Assembly (NCBI GenBank): GCA_964016885.1
Contig: OZ024747.1
Coordinates: forward strand, 4,092,001-4,156,000
Reading direction: 5' to 3'
DNA: 64,000 bases
Origin: Eledone cirrhosa
Lineage: Eukaryota
A program made the translations under genes and the position numbers. Positions 42,888-55,255 of this stretch are shown in pieces; positions within the stretch are counted from its first letter, which is position 1, and each line of letters opens with the position of its first letter. Below the pieces are notes generated by a model. It was not told the DNA's origin. It made no database searches and saw only the letters and a list, made by a program, of their open reading frames with translations.

Positions 42888-43139
42888 TCATATATATATT
42901 AAGTGGAGACTAATATAATTAAGGTAGGGAGCCAAAAACGGAATGTTCAATCAATCAAAACTACAATTGGAATGAAAAGAAAATTCCCTAGAGTTAATGG
43001 TAATTGTTGTCTTAGGCAAAGGAGATAACCCCAACATTCAAACTGATTAAAAATAGAATGGGGAAATGAACAACGTGTGTGTGGGTGTGGGTTAATGTGT
43101 GTGTGTGTTTATCTTTGTGTTATATTTTGTGTTTGCCAT

Positions 43140-43320
43140 TGTACTCCTGCATATTTTAAGTTGACCTCATAAGGTCTATTTTATGGGTATGTCACAATTT
43201 TATACATCAAATATTGTATTTTGTCTGAAGAGAACATACTATAACTTAGTATCCTTGAAATATATATAATGAAATAAATTATGATGTTATAGTGATATAT
43301 TTTCCATTTATTACTATTAT
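43140..43320 (+). mobile_element. Unfolded, older copy of the 17812 palindrome family (hammerhead-like pLTR)
   Basis: atattgtattttgtctgaaga...agtatccttgaaatatatataatgaaataaat...tttccattta. Confidence 0.6.
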
Positions 43321-43328
43321 TATATATA

Positions 43329-43440
43329 TCTGAGTTCAAATCCCGCCGAGGTTGACTTTGCCTTTCATCCTTACGGGGTCGATAAAATAAAGTACCAGTA
43401 ATACACTGGGTAATTGTTGGCCTTGTGCCTAAAGTAGAAA

Positions 43441-43445
<5 letters not shown>
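43329..43445 (+). mobile_element. 5'-truncated Meta/MESC-like SINE in (TA)n
   Basis: Near-identical to 24390-24492. Confidence 0.85.
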
Positions 43446-43477
<32 letters not shown>

Positions 43478-43479
<2 letters not shown>

Positions 43480-43599
43480 TGAGATTCTACAGGACTAGAA
43501 CTGTTTCATTCTTTAGAAATTATCAGGAATCGTTTTATACTCTGTTATGTATTGAGTACCTTACTTACTGTGGTTACCTCCGATTCAACCCGGAAAAAC

Positions 43600-43600
<1 letters not shown>
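43478..43600 (-). mobile_element. pLTR-like remnant with a type I hammerhead-like fold; paralog of 36348-36470
   Basis: Minus 43530-43484: ATTC-CTGATAA-TTTCTAAAGAAT-GAAACAG...CTGTA-GAAT. Confidence 0.55.
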
Positions 43601-43663
<63 letters not shown>

Positions 43664-43824
43664 CAAGTCATGTAGAAGTCATTTCTATCATAATAATTGT
43701 ATATATATATATATTGTTACACTTGGGGAGAGTCATATTGTTGTAATATTGCCAGAAATAATATATAATAATCATAATAATATATATATAATGTATATAT
43801 AATGTATGTATAAATACTCTTATG

Positions 43825-44428
43825 CTTTTTTTCTCTCTCAGTTCATTTATGCTTTGACTTTCATGTATATTACTATTTCACATCTATTGGAACATGCAGG
43901 TTTCATTTCTTTCCAATTTTCTTAGATCCTCTGCACACACTACCTAGGTCTCACTACCCTGCATCATGATGGTTTTACATTTGCATCTTACAATTTGCCT
44001 TTCATTTTGTAGGGAAAACGTTTTGTAGCTAGTAGCGGTAGTAGCTCCCTGAACTTTCTCCATCTCTTCATATTCTAGCTACTATGCTTTTGGAACATCC
44101 ACCCCCACTGCTAATTTGGTCACCTAAGTAACAGAATTTGTCAACTGTTTCTACGGAACACTCCAAGAATTTGTTATTTCCTGTAAGCAGCAAGTGCTTA
44201 CAGCTCCTGTGCATTGACCTCATGTAAAATCTACATTCTTTGCTAGCCTGCCTGAAATCCCACTACATCTCTTGTGAACCCATAGACTGCATTTGGGACA
44301 AAGGATGGAATGTCTACCTACTACTTTCCTACACACTGAGCTAGGCCATTTCCCTTCTACTTACTAGGAATTTAGTCTTTGCCAAGTTGACTTTAAGACC
44401 TTTTAATTCCAGGTTGTGCTTCATTTTC
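43825..44428 (-). mobile_element. Degenerate internal fragment of RTE LINE
   Basis: Aligns by eye with 47200-47830 (tcctctgcacaca, ggtctcact, ccactgct.attt.gtcacc.aagtaac, atcccactacatct, ctttcctacacactgagc). Confidence 0.75.
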
Positions 44429-44957
44429 CATGTATGGTAGCTGGAAAATATTCAGTTATTTTAAAAAGAATATTAGTCTCCAGAATTTTCAGAGAAATTG
44501 TTCTTCTTACTCCACATAATGACGTAATTATCCTTGCATATTTTTGCCCATCGACAGAGAATGTCTTCCCGTGCCACTGTTATGTCTTCCTGTTTCTTTT
44601 GGTCGTAAGTTTTTTGAAATTTTTACTTCTGAAACTGGGAAAAATCAATCTATAGACACAGAAGATCCCGTATAGCATGAAAGCAGAAATTCTTTGCTTA
44701 AACTTTGATGTGTACTAATAATAATTATTTGCTCTATGGGTTTATACTTTTATATATGTATGCAATCTTTATCGAGGCCTCTTCGGATTTGGGTCTTTGT
44801 ATTTATTATTATTAAATATATATATATATTTAATATTTTTTATTTATGTTCATACATGGAACAAAGCACTACCTAAGGTTTAGGTTTCAAGACCCAATTT
44901 TGAGATCATCTCACCAGATTGTAAGAGCAACAAATTTGTGATCTACTGATCAAGCAC

Positions 44958-45014
<57 letters not shown>

Positions 45015-45022
<8 letters not shown>

Positions 45023-46335
45023 ATATTTGGGGAGGGTCATATTTGCGTAATATTGCCAGAATTAATAACAGAACACACTCACTGTTTGGTTGGTTTTCGC
45101 TTCTCGCTGTCTTTTATATATATATATCTGCGATCTAACTTACTCGGTCCTCAATGTTGCCATTGACTGACCGGCGGTCAAAAATAATACAGATACAATA
45201 TAGACAAACACATATATATATAGTTTACATAAATCTTTCGTTGCACATCTGCAACATCGTCAGTGGTGTTATATTCATTGTTCCTCCTGTTGTGTTGTAT
45301 GTCTACGCCATTTTTTTTTTTTGTTCAGTCTGTCTATATATTTATTTATTTATTTGCTTGTTTGTTTATCTTATTTTATTTTGTCTTCTTTGCGCATGCG
45401 TTTGCGTGTGTGTATAGTGTTATGTGTGATGTGTGATGTGTGACTAGTGTGTATAGTGTTGTCTGCTGGGTGACTAGTGTGTGTTTATGTGCTTGTGTAT
45501 GTATTTATTTATCTTATTTTATTTAATTTAATTTACTTATTTATTTATACTTCTCTTAGGTCAGTGTTGTTTGTTTGGGTGTTGTTGTTGTTCCACTCAT
45601 TCTTTCTGTTTAGCTTTGGTCTTCTAATTTCTATTTCACTGGCCTCTCTGATAGGCAAATCAGAGAGGCCAGTGAAATAGAAATTAGAAGACCAAAGCTA
45701 AACAGAAAGAATGAGTGGAACAACAACAACACCCAAACAAACAACACTGACCTAAGAGAAGTATAAATAAATAAGTAAATTAAATTAAATAAAATAAGAT
45801 AAATAAATACATACACAAGCACATAAACACACACTAGTCACCCAGCAGACAACACTATACACACTAGTCACACATCACACATCACACATAACACTATACA
45901 CACACGCAAACGCATGCGCAAAGAAGACAAAATAAAATAAGATAAACAAACAAGCAAATAAATAAATAAATATATAGACAGACTGAACAAAAAAAAAAAA
46001 ATGGCGTAGACATACAACACAACAGGAGGAACAATGAATATAACACCACTGACGATGTTGCAGATGTGCAACGAAAGATTTATGTAAACTATATATATAT
46101 GTGTTTGTCTATATTGTATCTGTATTATTTTTGACCGCCGGTCAGTCAATGGCAACATTGAGGACCGAGTAAGTTAGATCGCAGATATATATATATAAAA
46201 GACAGCGAGAAGCGAAAACCAACCAAACAGTGAGTGTGTTCTGTTATTAATTCTGGCAATATTACGCAAATATGACCCTCCCCAAATATAACAATATCTG
46301 TTTCGACACACGATTTCATATAAAAAACCTCGCAA

Positions 46336-46338
<3 letters not shown>
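45015..46338 (+). mobile_element. 1.28-kb near-perfect palindrome with a ~41-nt one-sided tail, in (TA)n; Penelope-like inverted pLTR candidate
   Basis: Arms 45015-45652 and 45659-46297, loop aggcaa; the only difference noticed is T12 vs A13; CTGACGA-T-GTTGCA-gatg-TGCAAC-GAAA at 46049-46076; terminal sequence also present at ~10680, ~41330 and ~43710. Confidence 0.65.
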
Positions 46339-46391
<53 letters not shown>

Positions 46392-46576
46392 GTATTTATA
46401 TGTATACATGTATTTATACATATATATTTATATGTATACATGTATTTATATATACATGTATTTATATATATGTATACATGTATTTATATATATGTATACA
46501 TGTATATATATATTTCTTTGAGCTATTTAATTGTAAAAGACTATTTTGAGTTTCTAACTCAATGTATGATATATAT

Positions 46577-48380
46577 ATCATCATCATCGTTTAACGTCCA
46601 TTTTCCACGCTTGCATGGGTTTGGACGGGAGTTTTCCCACTTGAGGCAAGAGTGGTTGTCTTGCTCGCATAGGACTGTCTGGCGGGGGATGCCCTTCCTA
46701 ACACCAACCACGTTTACAGTATGGACTGGGAGGTTTTTACCGTGTTACCTACACGGCCACATTACAGCGTGGACTGTGTGTTTTTTTGTCATGACACCTA
46801 CACGACCTCATTTGTTTCGGACTGGATGTTGTGGTACCAACATAACTTTACATTGAAAGGGGTGGGGGTAGTGGGACGGGGGTGTATTTTTGTTAGAGGA
46901 GCCTACTGACTGTAGTAGGTTTCACTTTGTACTTAGGTAAGGCGGGTCTTCTGTATTACTGTGTAGCGCCAAAGATCTCGGTCCAGAGACATTGTCTTGG
47001 AGAGGTGTAAGTGTGTGAGGTCGGAATTTATCAAGTCGTCCCAGGTTTTTCTGGGTCTGCCTACTCCGTGGCTACCGTCTATTTTTATTGCCCTGCACTT
47101 TTTTATACAGCTGTCGTCTTTCATGCGCATCACGTGACCGTACCAACGTAGTCTTCTCTCAAGTAAACAACATCTGATCCCTCTTATTTCTAATTTTTTC
47201 CTTAGTTCGTTTATGCTTTGCCGTTCACGTATATTACTATTACACATCCAGCGGAGCATGCAAGCTTCGTTCCTCTCCAGTTTGCGTATATCCTCTGCAC
47301 ACAATGCCCAGGTCTCACTGCCATGTAACATTGCTGTTCACATGCAGGCATCATACAGCCTGCCTTTCATTTTTAGAGAGAACCCTTTAGCGGCTAATAG
47401 TGGTATAAGCTCTCAGAACTTTTTCCATCCAGTTCTGACTCTAGCTACAGTACTTTCAGAGCACCCTCCACCACTGCTGATTTTGTCACCCAAGTAACGG
47501 AAGGTGTCCACTATTTCTATAGAAACATCTGTGCAATGGAATGAGCTAGTATTCTGTGGGCACTTGCTGCTACTTATTGCACCAGAGCACCGGCCACATA
47601 TAAAATCTATATTCTTAGTTAGCTTACCTGTGATCCCACTACATCTTTTATGCACCCATACTTTGTATTTGGGACATAAAATGGAGTTTCTGCCTACTCC
47701 TTTCCTACACACTGAGCATGGCTATTTTCCAGATGGGACCGGTGCCCTATTTTCCTTCCTACAAACTAGAACTTTAATCTTAGACAGGTTAATTTTAAGG
47801 CCTTTTGATTCTAGGCCATGCTTCCATGTTTGGAATTTCTTCTCTAGTTCAGCCATTTAATCAGCTATGAGCGTTAGATCATCTGCGTATAGAAGTTCCC
47901 ATGGTGAGCCGGTCTTGAACTCCTCTGTTATAACCTGAAGGGCAATAATAAATAGTAGGGGGCTAAGAACGGAGCTCTGATGAACACCAACTTTTATGCT
48001 AAACTTTTCACTATATTCGTTGTTAATTCTAACCTTGCTGACTGTTTCTTTATACATGGCTTGTATAGCTCTCACAAGCCATTCATCAACACCTAGTTTT
48101 CTAAGAGCCCACCAGATAATGGAACGGGGGACTCTGTCAAAGGCTTTCTCCAAGTCGACAAAGGCTAAGTATAGGGGTTTACTTTTAGCTAGGTACTTCT
48201 CCTGTAGTTGTCATACAATGAAAAGAGCGTCTGTGGTACTTTTACCTGACACAAACCCAAACTGCATTTCATCTAGATCAATTTGCTCTCTGATTAGTTG
48301 CGGAACAACCCCATTCTGTATGACTTGGTTTACTATCCGGGTGACCATAGTGTGTCCCACTGTTCCAGAAGCTTTCAGCA
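46577..48380 (-). mobile_element. 5'-truncated, pseudogenised RTE-clade LINE (RT domain, C-terminus, 3' UTR, (GAT)n tail)
   Basis: DEMQFGFVSGKSTTDALF, FVDLEKAFDRVPR, GVHQSSVLSPLLF, WELLYADDL, FRYLGD, LHGSETW, RRLRWYGHVMRM, GRPRKTW; in-frame stops and frameshifts; apparent internal deletion near 48300. Confidence 0.95.
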
Positions 48381-49479
48381 TATATATATGTATATATGTA
48401 TATATATATGAATATATATATATATGTATGTATATATATATGTATGTATATATGTATGTATATATGTATATATATATATACACATATACCCTTCCAGAAA
48501 GATACTAAGACTATATCACCTTGTCCGTTTGTGTTACATGTGCCATCAGTTTATTTGTAATATCCCAGGCCTCTTTATTGATATTACTGTATTGATCACT
48601 CCTTAATCACAATCCAATCTGCTCTTGATTATATACCATTTTTCTACTTATCAAGCATCAAGCTCTATATTCTCTGATCAATATTTTTAATTGCACAGTT
48701 CCCTAAAACCATTGACATCAATCAATAAGATCTTTACATTATCTTTACAACTCAGCCTACTTCTGCCAGAAGTCTTCCTCCTTGCTCCATATTTCAGATA
48801 TTAGATATTTCATTGTAATTTCTCGTTGGTTCTCTTTACTCTTATTTAGTTATACACACAAACACACATATATATATACACACACACATATATACACACA
48901 CATACATACACACACACATACACACTCACACACATATATACACACGCACACACACAGGAAAAGAGTCAGGACCCCGACACATACATAATGTATATATATA
49001 TATACTCATACACATTCACACATACATATGTGTATGTATGTATGTATTTCCTTTACCCACATATACATACACACACTGACAAATGCATTCACTTATGCAT
49101 GCATGCTCATAAACATTTAGCTTTCATTTATTTTTGTCTTTTGTTTTGTTTTACTGTAAATTTCTGACATTGTTACAAGGTGACACATTTTAGTTGAGAG
49201 AGGGGGGGGGGGGTAGTCACTGATTAAATCAACTTCAGTAGGTGAGTGGTACTTATTTCATTGAACCTGGAATCTTGAAATGCCAAGTAGTTTTTGTATA
49301 ACTCCACATCATTCTCCATTGAGCAGATCTATGATATTTCTGATTATAGACAATCAAAGCCATGATCAGTAATTCTGTCTGTAATTTGCAGGAATTTGGC
49401 TGCTATTTCTAGCTTCCTTATTGGCTCAGGAAAGGCAAAAGTTATCTTATAGGAAATTAAACACTGAATACTAAGGGAC

Positions 49480-49690
49480 ATAACTAAATACTGAACAAAG
49501 CCACAAATTTGATGAATGCAAACAGCAAATTACATTGATTCCCCAGTACGTATCTGGTACTTTATTTTCCATCTCAGGAAGGATGACAACAAAGTTGACC
49601 CTGGTGTAATTTGTGCTTAAAATATAAAAGGATGTAACTAAATAGCACAAAAGTTTCTCCAAAGCTCTACTGATTCTACCAATCCAATAC
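49480..49690 (-). mobile_element. Meta/MESC-like SINE, degenerate
   Basis: ccccagtac...ctggtactttatttt...aaggatga...aaagttgacc. Confidence 0.6.
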
Positions 49691-50768
49691 CTTGTCCATC
49701 TTTTAAAAGGAATGTCCATGTCAGTGGGTGACGACCAGAGAATAAATGCTTTAAGATATTTGTTTGTTACGCTACATTCTAGGATTAAATTTTATTGGGG
49801 CTACTTTGCTTATTTGGTCTGGAGGAAAGATCAGTGTCCATAGCATTCACAGGCTCTTTGAGATTGTTGACATTGATATTATTAACATTTTATTTAAACT
49901 GTTTAAAGTTGATGCTTATGTATAATATGTCTGGCAGCATTCTGTTGAAGATGAGCCTGGAATTTATCAAGTGACTCTAGTTGTCTTTTGACAGCCTCTC
50001 TGGTAACATTCTGTTTACAGCAAGTGTTACATTCACTGTTAATCTTAAATGTTCTACAAGCTGCATTCCTAGCAGCATTAACTTGCAGTCTCTGTTGTCA
50101 CTGGTCAACTATTTCTGCTACCCTCGAATTACACTTAGATTTGGCAGTTGAAGACATTGTAGAAGCTACATCATTCCTGTGGCAATATTGAGGGGAAGAA
50201 ATGATTATTGTAAGTGAAAGATTTCAATTGAAATAATAAAGAAGAATACAACAAGCATCCTTTCCTGTTCTGCTGTTGGCAGTGGAAGACATTGTAGAGG
50301 GCACATCATTCCTGTAGCATTATTGATAGAAAGAAAACTGCAATTGTGAATCAAAGGTTTCAATTCAGCAACTATTTCTTTCATGTTCCACTATGGTAGT
50401 ATGAAATATTTGAGGGAAAAGGTTTTAGTAAGAACCAAAAACACAAAAACATTCAAGAAGCTATACAAATGTCATAGAATGAAATTATCACTGCCTTATG
50501 TTGTCCTGGGGCTATAAATTAGAGAGAAGTTGGAAAAATGTTATTTCAAGAAACTGTAAGTTGTAAAAGATTTGGAAATGCAAGTGTCAAATTTAGTGAC
50601 GGACGGTTCAGAAATGTAAACAAAGGAAGCGTAACAAGGGATAGGTGCAGTGTTGGACTTACCTAGAAGATAAATAAGCTATAGCTTAGGGCTGCACACC
50701 CTTGTGAGGCCTCATTTAAAAAAATATATTTTTATAATTGGTTTTTATTCATTAACACTAAATCATCA

Positions 50769-50802
<34 letters not shown>

Positions 50803-50807
<5 letters not shown>

Positions 50808-50990
50808 AAAAAGTATGACCCTGACGGCAGAGCTCAAGCCATTTCAACGGCTATTTCTAGAAATAGCCGTCGAAACGGCTTGAGCTCTGCCATCGGTGTC
50901 ATACTTTTTCCTATTACCCACTCTACTACCCTAAGTATTGAGTACTCTGGTGTGTTATGGTCCATCTGGTTCCTTACCACAATTCCTTTG

Positions 50991-50992
<2 letters not shown>
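50803..50992 (+). mobile_element. Fold-back Penelope-like pLTR remnant centred on a hammerhead stem II-like hairpin
   Basis: Arms 50803-50858 and 50859-50914 (centre tttct|agaaa); right arm cgtcGAAACGGC...GCCATC; ~78-nt unpaired tail; (TA)n on both sides. Confidence 0.6.
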
Positions 50993-51021
<29 letters not shown>

Positions 51022-51024
<3 letters not shown>

Positions 51025-51099
51025 GGTGTCCCCAAAAATGCATAAATACTTCAACAGCATTTTAGTTAAAATGGGTATACATTTTGGGGGGACACACTG
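51022..51099. mobile_element. 78-bp Tc1/mariner-type MITE
   Basis: TA-cagggtgtccccaaaaatg ... cattttggggggacacactg. Confidence 0.65.
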
Positions 51100-51116
51100 T
51101 GTGTGTGTATATATAT

Positions 51117-51493
51117 CATCATCATGGTTTTACGTCCGTTCTTCCATGCTAGCATGGGTTAGACGGGTTGTCCTGTTGTGGGCAGTGTCCGGTCGGCTGA
51201 CCTTGTCTTGCTCATATGGGAACTGATTCTGGCTTGATTTCTACAGCTGGATGCCCTTCCTAACACCAACCTCATTACAGTGAGTGTTGGGTGCTTTTTT
51301 CCATGGCACCTCCACGACCACTTTGCAGTGAGATGATAGGGACCCCTATCATCTCATTCCTACAGCCCATTTCTACAGCTGAGTAAACTGGAGCAATGTT
51401 TTGCTCAAGGAAACAACACATCACCCGGTCCGAGAATTGAATTCGCAACCTTTTGATTGCAAGCCCAATGCTCTAACCACTAAGTCATGCGCC
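51117..51493 (-). mobile_element. Full CORE-type SINE with RTE-derived 3' tail
   Basis: Minus: ggcgcatgacttagtggttagagcattgggcttgcaatc (A-box)...gaattcaattctcgg (B-box-like)...ccttgagcaa...ctccagtttactcagctgtagaaatg, then the RTE 3' UTR and (GAT)n. Confidence 0.8.
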
Positions 51494-53278
51494 TATATAT
51501 AAATACGTGTGTATATATTCTTTATTTTTTATCATCAATATTAATGTAAAAAATAATAATCATGTGTAATTATTTAATTTTTTTACCTGAAATATTTTTA
51601 GCAGGAAGTGGTGAGGGGGGGGGGGGACTACCTTGTGATAGAAAGAGTGCACCTGGTCTGTTACCATAGAAAAACTTACATAAACAAAAAGGAAGAGAAT
51701 CTGACTGAATAGTAAATAGAGAGAGTGGGGTGAGAAAATAAGAGGCATGTAAGGGATAAACAGATTGTTAATAGTATGAGAGCGAGAGATAATAGTGGTG
51801 GGGCATTTCAGGTTTGGAGGGCCCCTCATACACTAAAAATTTGTATACACAGCAAACCCCACAATTTTACATATGAAACTTAGCTCGGCACAAGTAATTG
51901 GAATTCAAGAGTTATACTTACAGGTATTAAATAAAAAAATTCTAACCATCCTAAAAGTAAAAAACCCAGCTGAGGTCACAAATAAATTGGTACGCCCATT
52001 GCTGGTGGAGCCCTGCATGGCAATGGGCCCAGGGCTGGTGTCCCCCCTTTACCACCTCCCCCCATTAAATCCGGTCCTGCTTATAGTTGTCCACTATCCT
52101 ATCAACATGGCCCCTATAACAGTCAAGTATCCTGATGGAGTGACCCTTATACAGTAGCTATAATTAAGCACACTATTGATGCAGTCCTTAACATTTCAAT
52201 GGCTTTCTTGTATTTCTATTGAAATGTCTATTATTGAAGTAAACCAACAAAAGAGGTCTATATTGTATCTGCCACTTCGTTGTCTGTCCTTTAGGAAATA
52301 TACCAAAATATTTCCACGAGATGGACATGTCTTAATGAATTGGTAACTTGGAAGAGAACAAGCAACTCCAAATTGGATATTTCCTTTAAATGAATTCAAC
52401 AAGGAACTTCAAATTGGACATTCCCTGCATAAATGAAACAACATTCTTCTTTAAACTCTAACGAACCCTTTGAAAATAGTTAGAAAAGGACAACAAAACA
52501 AAAAACAAATGTAAAAATGTGAAGAAAAAAAATAATAATAAAGAAATAAAAAGATATTTACTTTTTAAAAGGAGGATTTGATCAAATATAATTAGTTACT
52601 CATTTATTTTGACATTTCGCATCATTTCAAAAAGAAAGGTTTATTTAGAAAAATAACTAAATATACAAATGAAAAATATAATAAAACAACAAAAATAAAA
52701 AGCTAATGAAAATGGTCTATTAGGAAACAGGAAGAAAGAAAAAAAAAAAAAATTATATATTCTTCTTTTAATGTAGGAAAAGTACAAAGTAAACCCCCCT
52801 CCTCTTCTTCCTACCTCTCCATTCTTCTCTAATTGATGAGAATACTTCAAAATCAATATCCTTCTCAGTGTAAATTAATCCATCAAATTAAAACCCCCTT
52901 ATTTTTCATCTCTTCTATTTGCATGTCTTCTTTGATAGTTTTGTTTGTTTGTTGTGTCTTTGTTGTTTGTTTTCCTTGATTCTCCCCCCCCCCCATTTCT
53001 TTTTATAATTCTCTTATTTATATATATTTTTTACTTTTCTTGTCGTTGTTGTTGTTGCACCTACAAATACATTTCTTCTCATTTCTATTATTACTTTATT
53101 GTTTTTTATGTTTTTCATTAATTTGTATATTTTTTAATTAATCCTTATATATATATATATATATAAAAACACACATAAACATATATACATATATATATAT
53201 ATAAAAACACACATAAACATATATATATATATATAAAAACGCACACACACACATATATATATATAAAAACACACATAA

Positions 53279-53309
<31 letters not shown>

Positions 53310-53638
53310 AACACACACACGCATATATATATATATAAAAACACACACACGCATATATATATATATAAAAACACACACACGCATATATATATATATATAT
53401 TATTTGCCTCTTTTTTTTTTTATTCATTATGCTTACTTGTTAGGTAGTAATGACGACTATGATTAATTGTGACCTTATGACGAGGAAATAATTAGAAAAA
53501 GCACTTCACAAGAACCTTCTGGAACAAACCATTTTCTTGTTTTCTTTTTTCTATTCTCTCCCCCCACCCTCTCCATCTTACATTTCTTTTGTTGCAATTT
53601 TAACGATTCATCAAAGAATTAGTTTGGTATGAATTAAA

Positions 53639-53685
<47 letters not shown>

Positions 53686-53892
53686 CCCCAAAACATAAAA
53701 ATAAAATAAAGAGGTGGTTTATCATTATTAGAAAAGGAAAGAATATATATATACATACATATATATAATATATACATATATGTATAAGTGTATGTACGTG
53801 TTTAGGTATATATATATATATACCTTATCTTTATATATTGTATTGCTGCTATTTATTTGATGGTGTTTATATCCTGTCTGTCTAATATTTCC

Positions 53893-54086
53893 TTTAGTTA
53901 CCAACATGTTGACATGTAGCACAGATGTGCAGTATTTCTTTTAGTTACCAACATGTTACGTTCTCATGTAGCACAGATGTACAGTATTACTTTTAGTTAC
54001 CAACATGTGGACAAGTTCTCATGTAGCACAGATGTGCAGTATTACTTTTAGTTACCAACATGTGGGCAAGTTCTCATGTAGCACAG
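53893..54086. repeat. 47-55-bp tandem repeat x4
   Basis: ttagttaccaacatgt...catgtagcacag recurs at 53894, 53941, 53993 and 54048. Confidence 0.9.
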
Positions 54087-55194
54087 CTCTACAATGATAG
54101 GTTGTTTTAGTTTGTTTTTCTCTTATTCCAATATAGAAATAAATGTAGCATAATTTGTACATTCAGACATTTCATATTTGTGTGCATTTGTTTGAGAATA
54201 TACACAAGATGGGATTATGCAGACAGAAATTTTCTTTGAAACTAGAGAAAGCATTAAACACAAGGAGAGGAACATGCACTGACAACATTATACATGTCAG
54301 TCCACAGACGATGTCTCTCTCCCTTCATTTCCAGCAGCTAGAAAAAGACCACTGCTTACAAACAAAGGGAAAATTAGCTGGCCTCTAAATAACAAAAGCA
54401 TGAACTTGGAGCTAGTTTTGTATGATAGTATTCTGAGGTATTAATACAGCTGAGATGCTGCTCTCTTCAATGCAGCTCTTCATTTGACATTAGGGACCTA
54501 TCACCATTTGTTGGGTTGCAAAGGATTCGTTTCCTGTCATATGTAAAGGCTATTAGTTGAAGGGGGGGGGGGGGGAATTAAGCCCAGGATGAAAAGAACT
54601 ATAGCAGATACTGAAAGGCATATCATTGACATAACTTCTGCCAATCCATCATCCTGGATTGATACTTCGTTTATTGGTGCCGAAAGGTAAAGGTTGACCC
54701 TGCTAGAATTTGAACTTATGGCAGAGAACGTTTGGAACAAATACTGCAAGGCACTCTATTAACTTTTGCCAATGTTCTGCCACACTCAGAAGTAGAAAAT
54801 AGTTAAACAGAAATGTGGAGATGATGGATAGGGAAAATCTGATATAAATTAGATATCAAAAGGAAAAAGAAGTTATCTACACTCAATATCCCAGATCTAT
54901 CTTCTGCTCTTTCAATAGAATCAGTCACTAACCTCACTTCATTCCACTCCAAACCCTAGTTCTGTGTTTAGTACTGAATCAACAGAAATGACGGACTCAA
55001 CAAAATAATATTGCAATACATAAAAAAAAAAATGTGATTAACCTCATTTTGTCCTTAGTAACTAAAATATTTTAGCTTAATAGGAATCATTGCATAAGAA
55101 AGAAGAGAGAAACAGAAAAAAAGAAAGAGAAAGAAAAATTAGTTTTCTCTCTTTATTTGTTCACAAGTGTCAGGTCAGATTATGTGTGTTTATA

Positions 55195-55255
<61 letters not shown>

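Noticed and set aside
44440-44720. Unique-looking stretch checked as a minus-strand exon
   Set aside because: All three frames contain stops between plausible splice sites, and no peptide is recognisable.
50655-50700. Minus-strand polypyrimidine-AG|GTAAGT resembling a recursive splice site
   Set aside because: It is on the opposite strand to the only candidate exon and may belong to a decayed transposon; a single motif is not enough evidence.
52295-52342. Possible 48-nt phase 2-2 exon (KYTKIFPRDGHVLMNW), frame-compatible with 4437-4544
   Set aside because: Good acceptor but a weak donor (G|gtaact); too short to distinguish from chance without RNA-seq.
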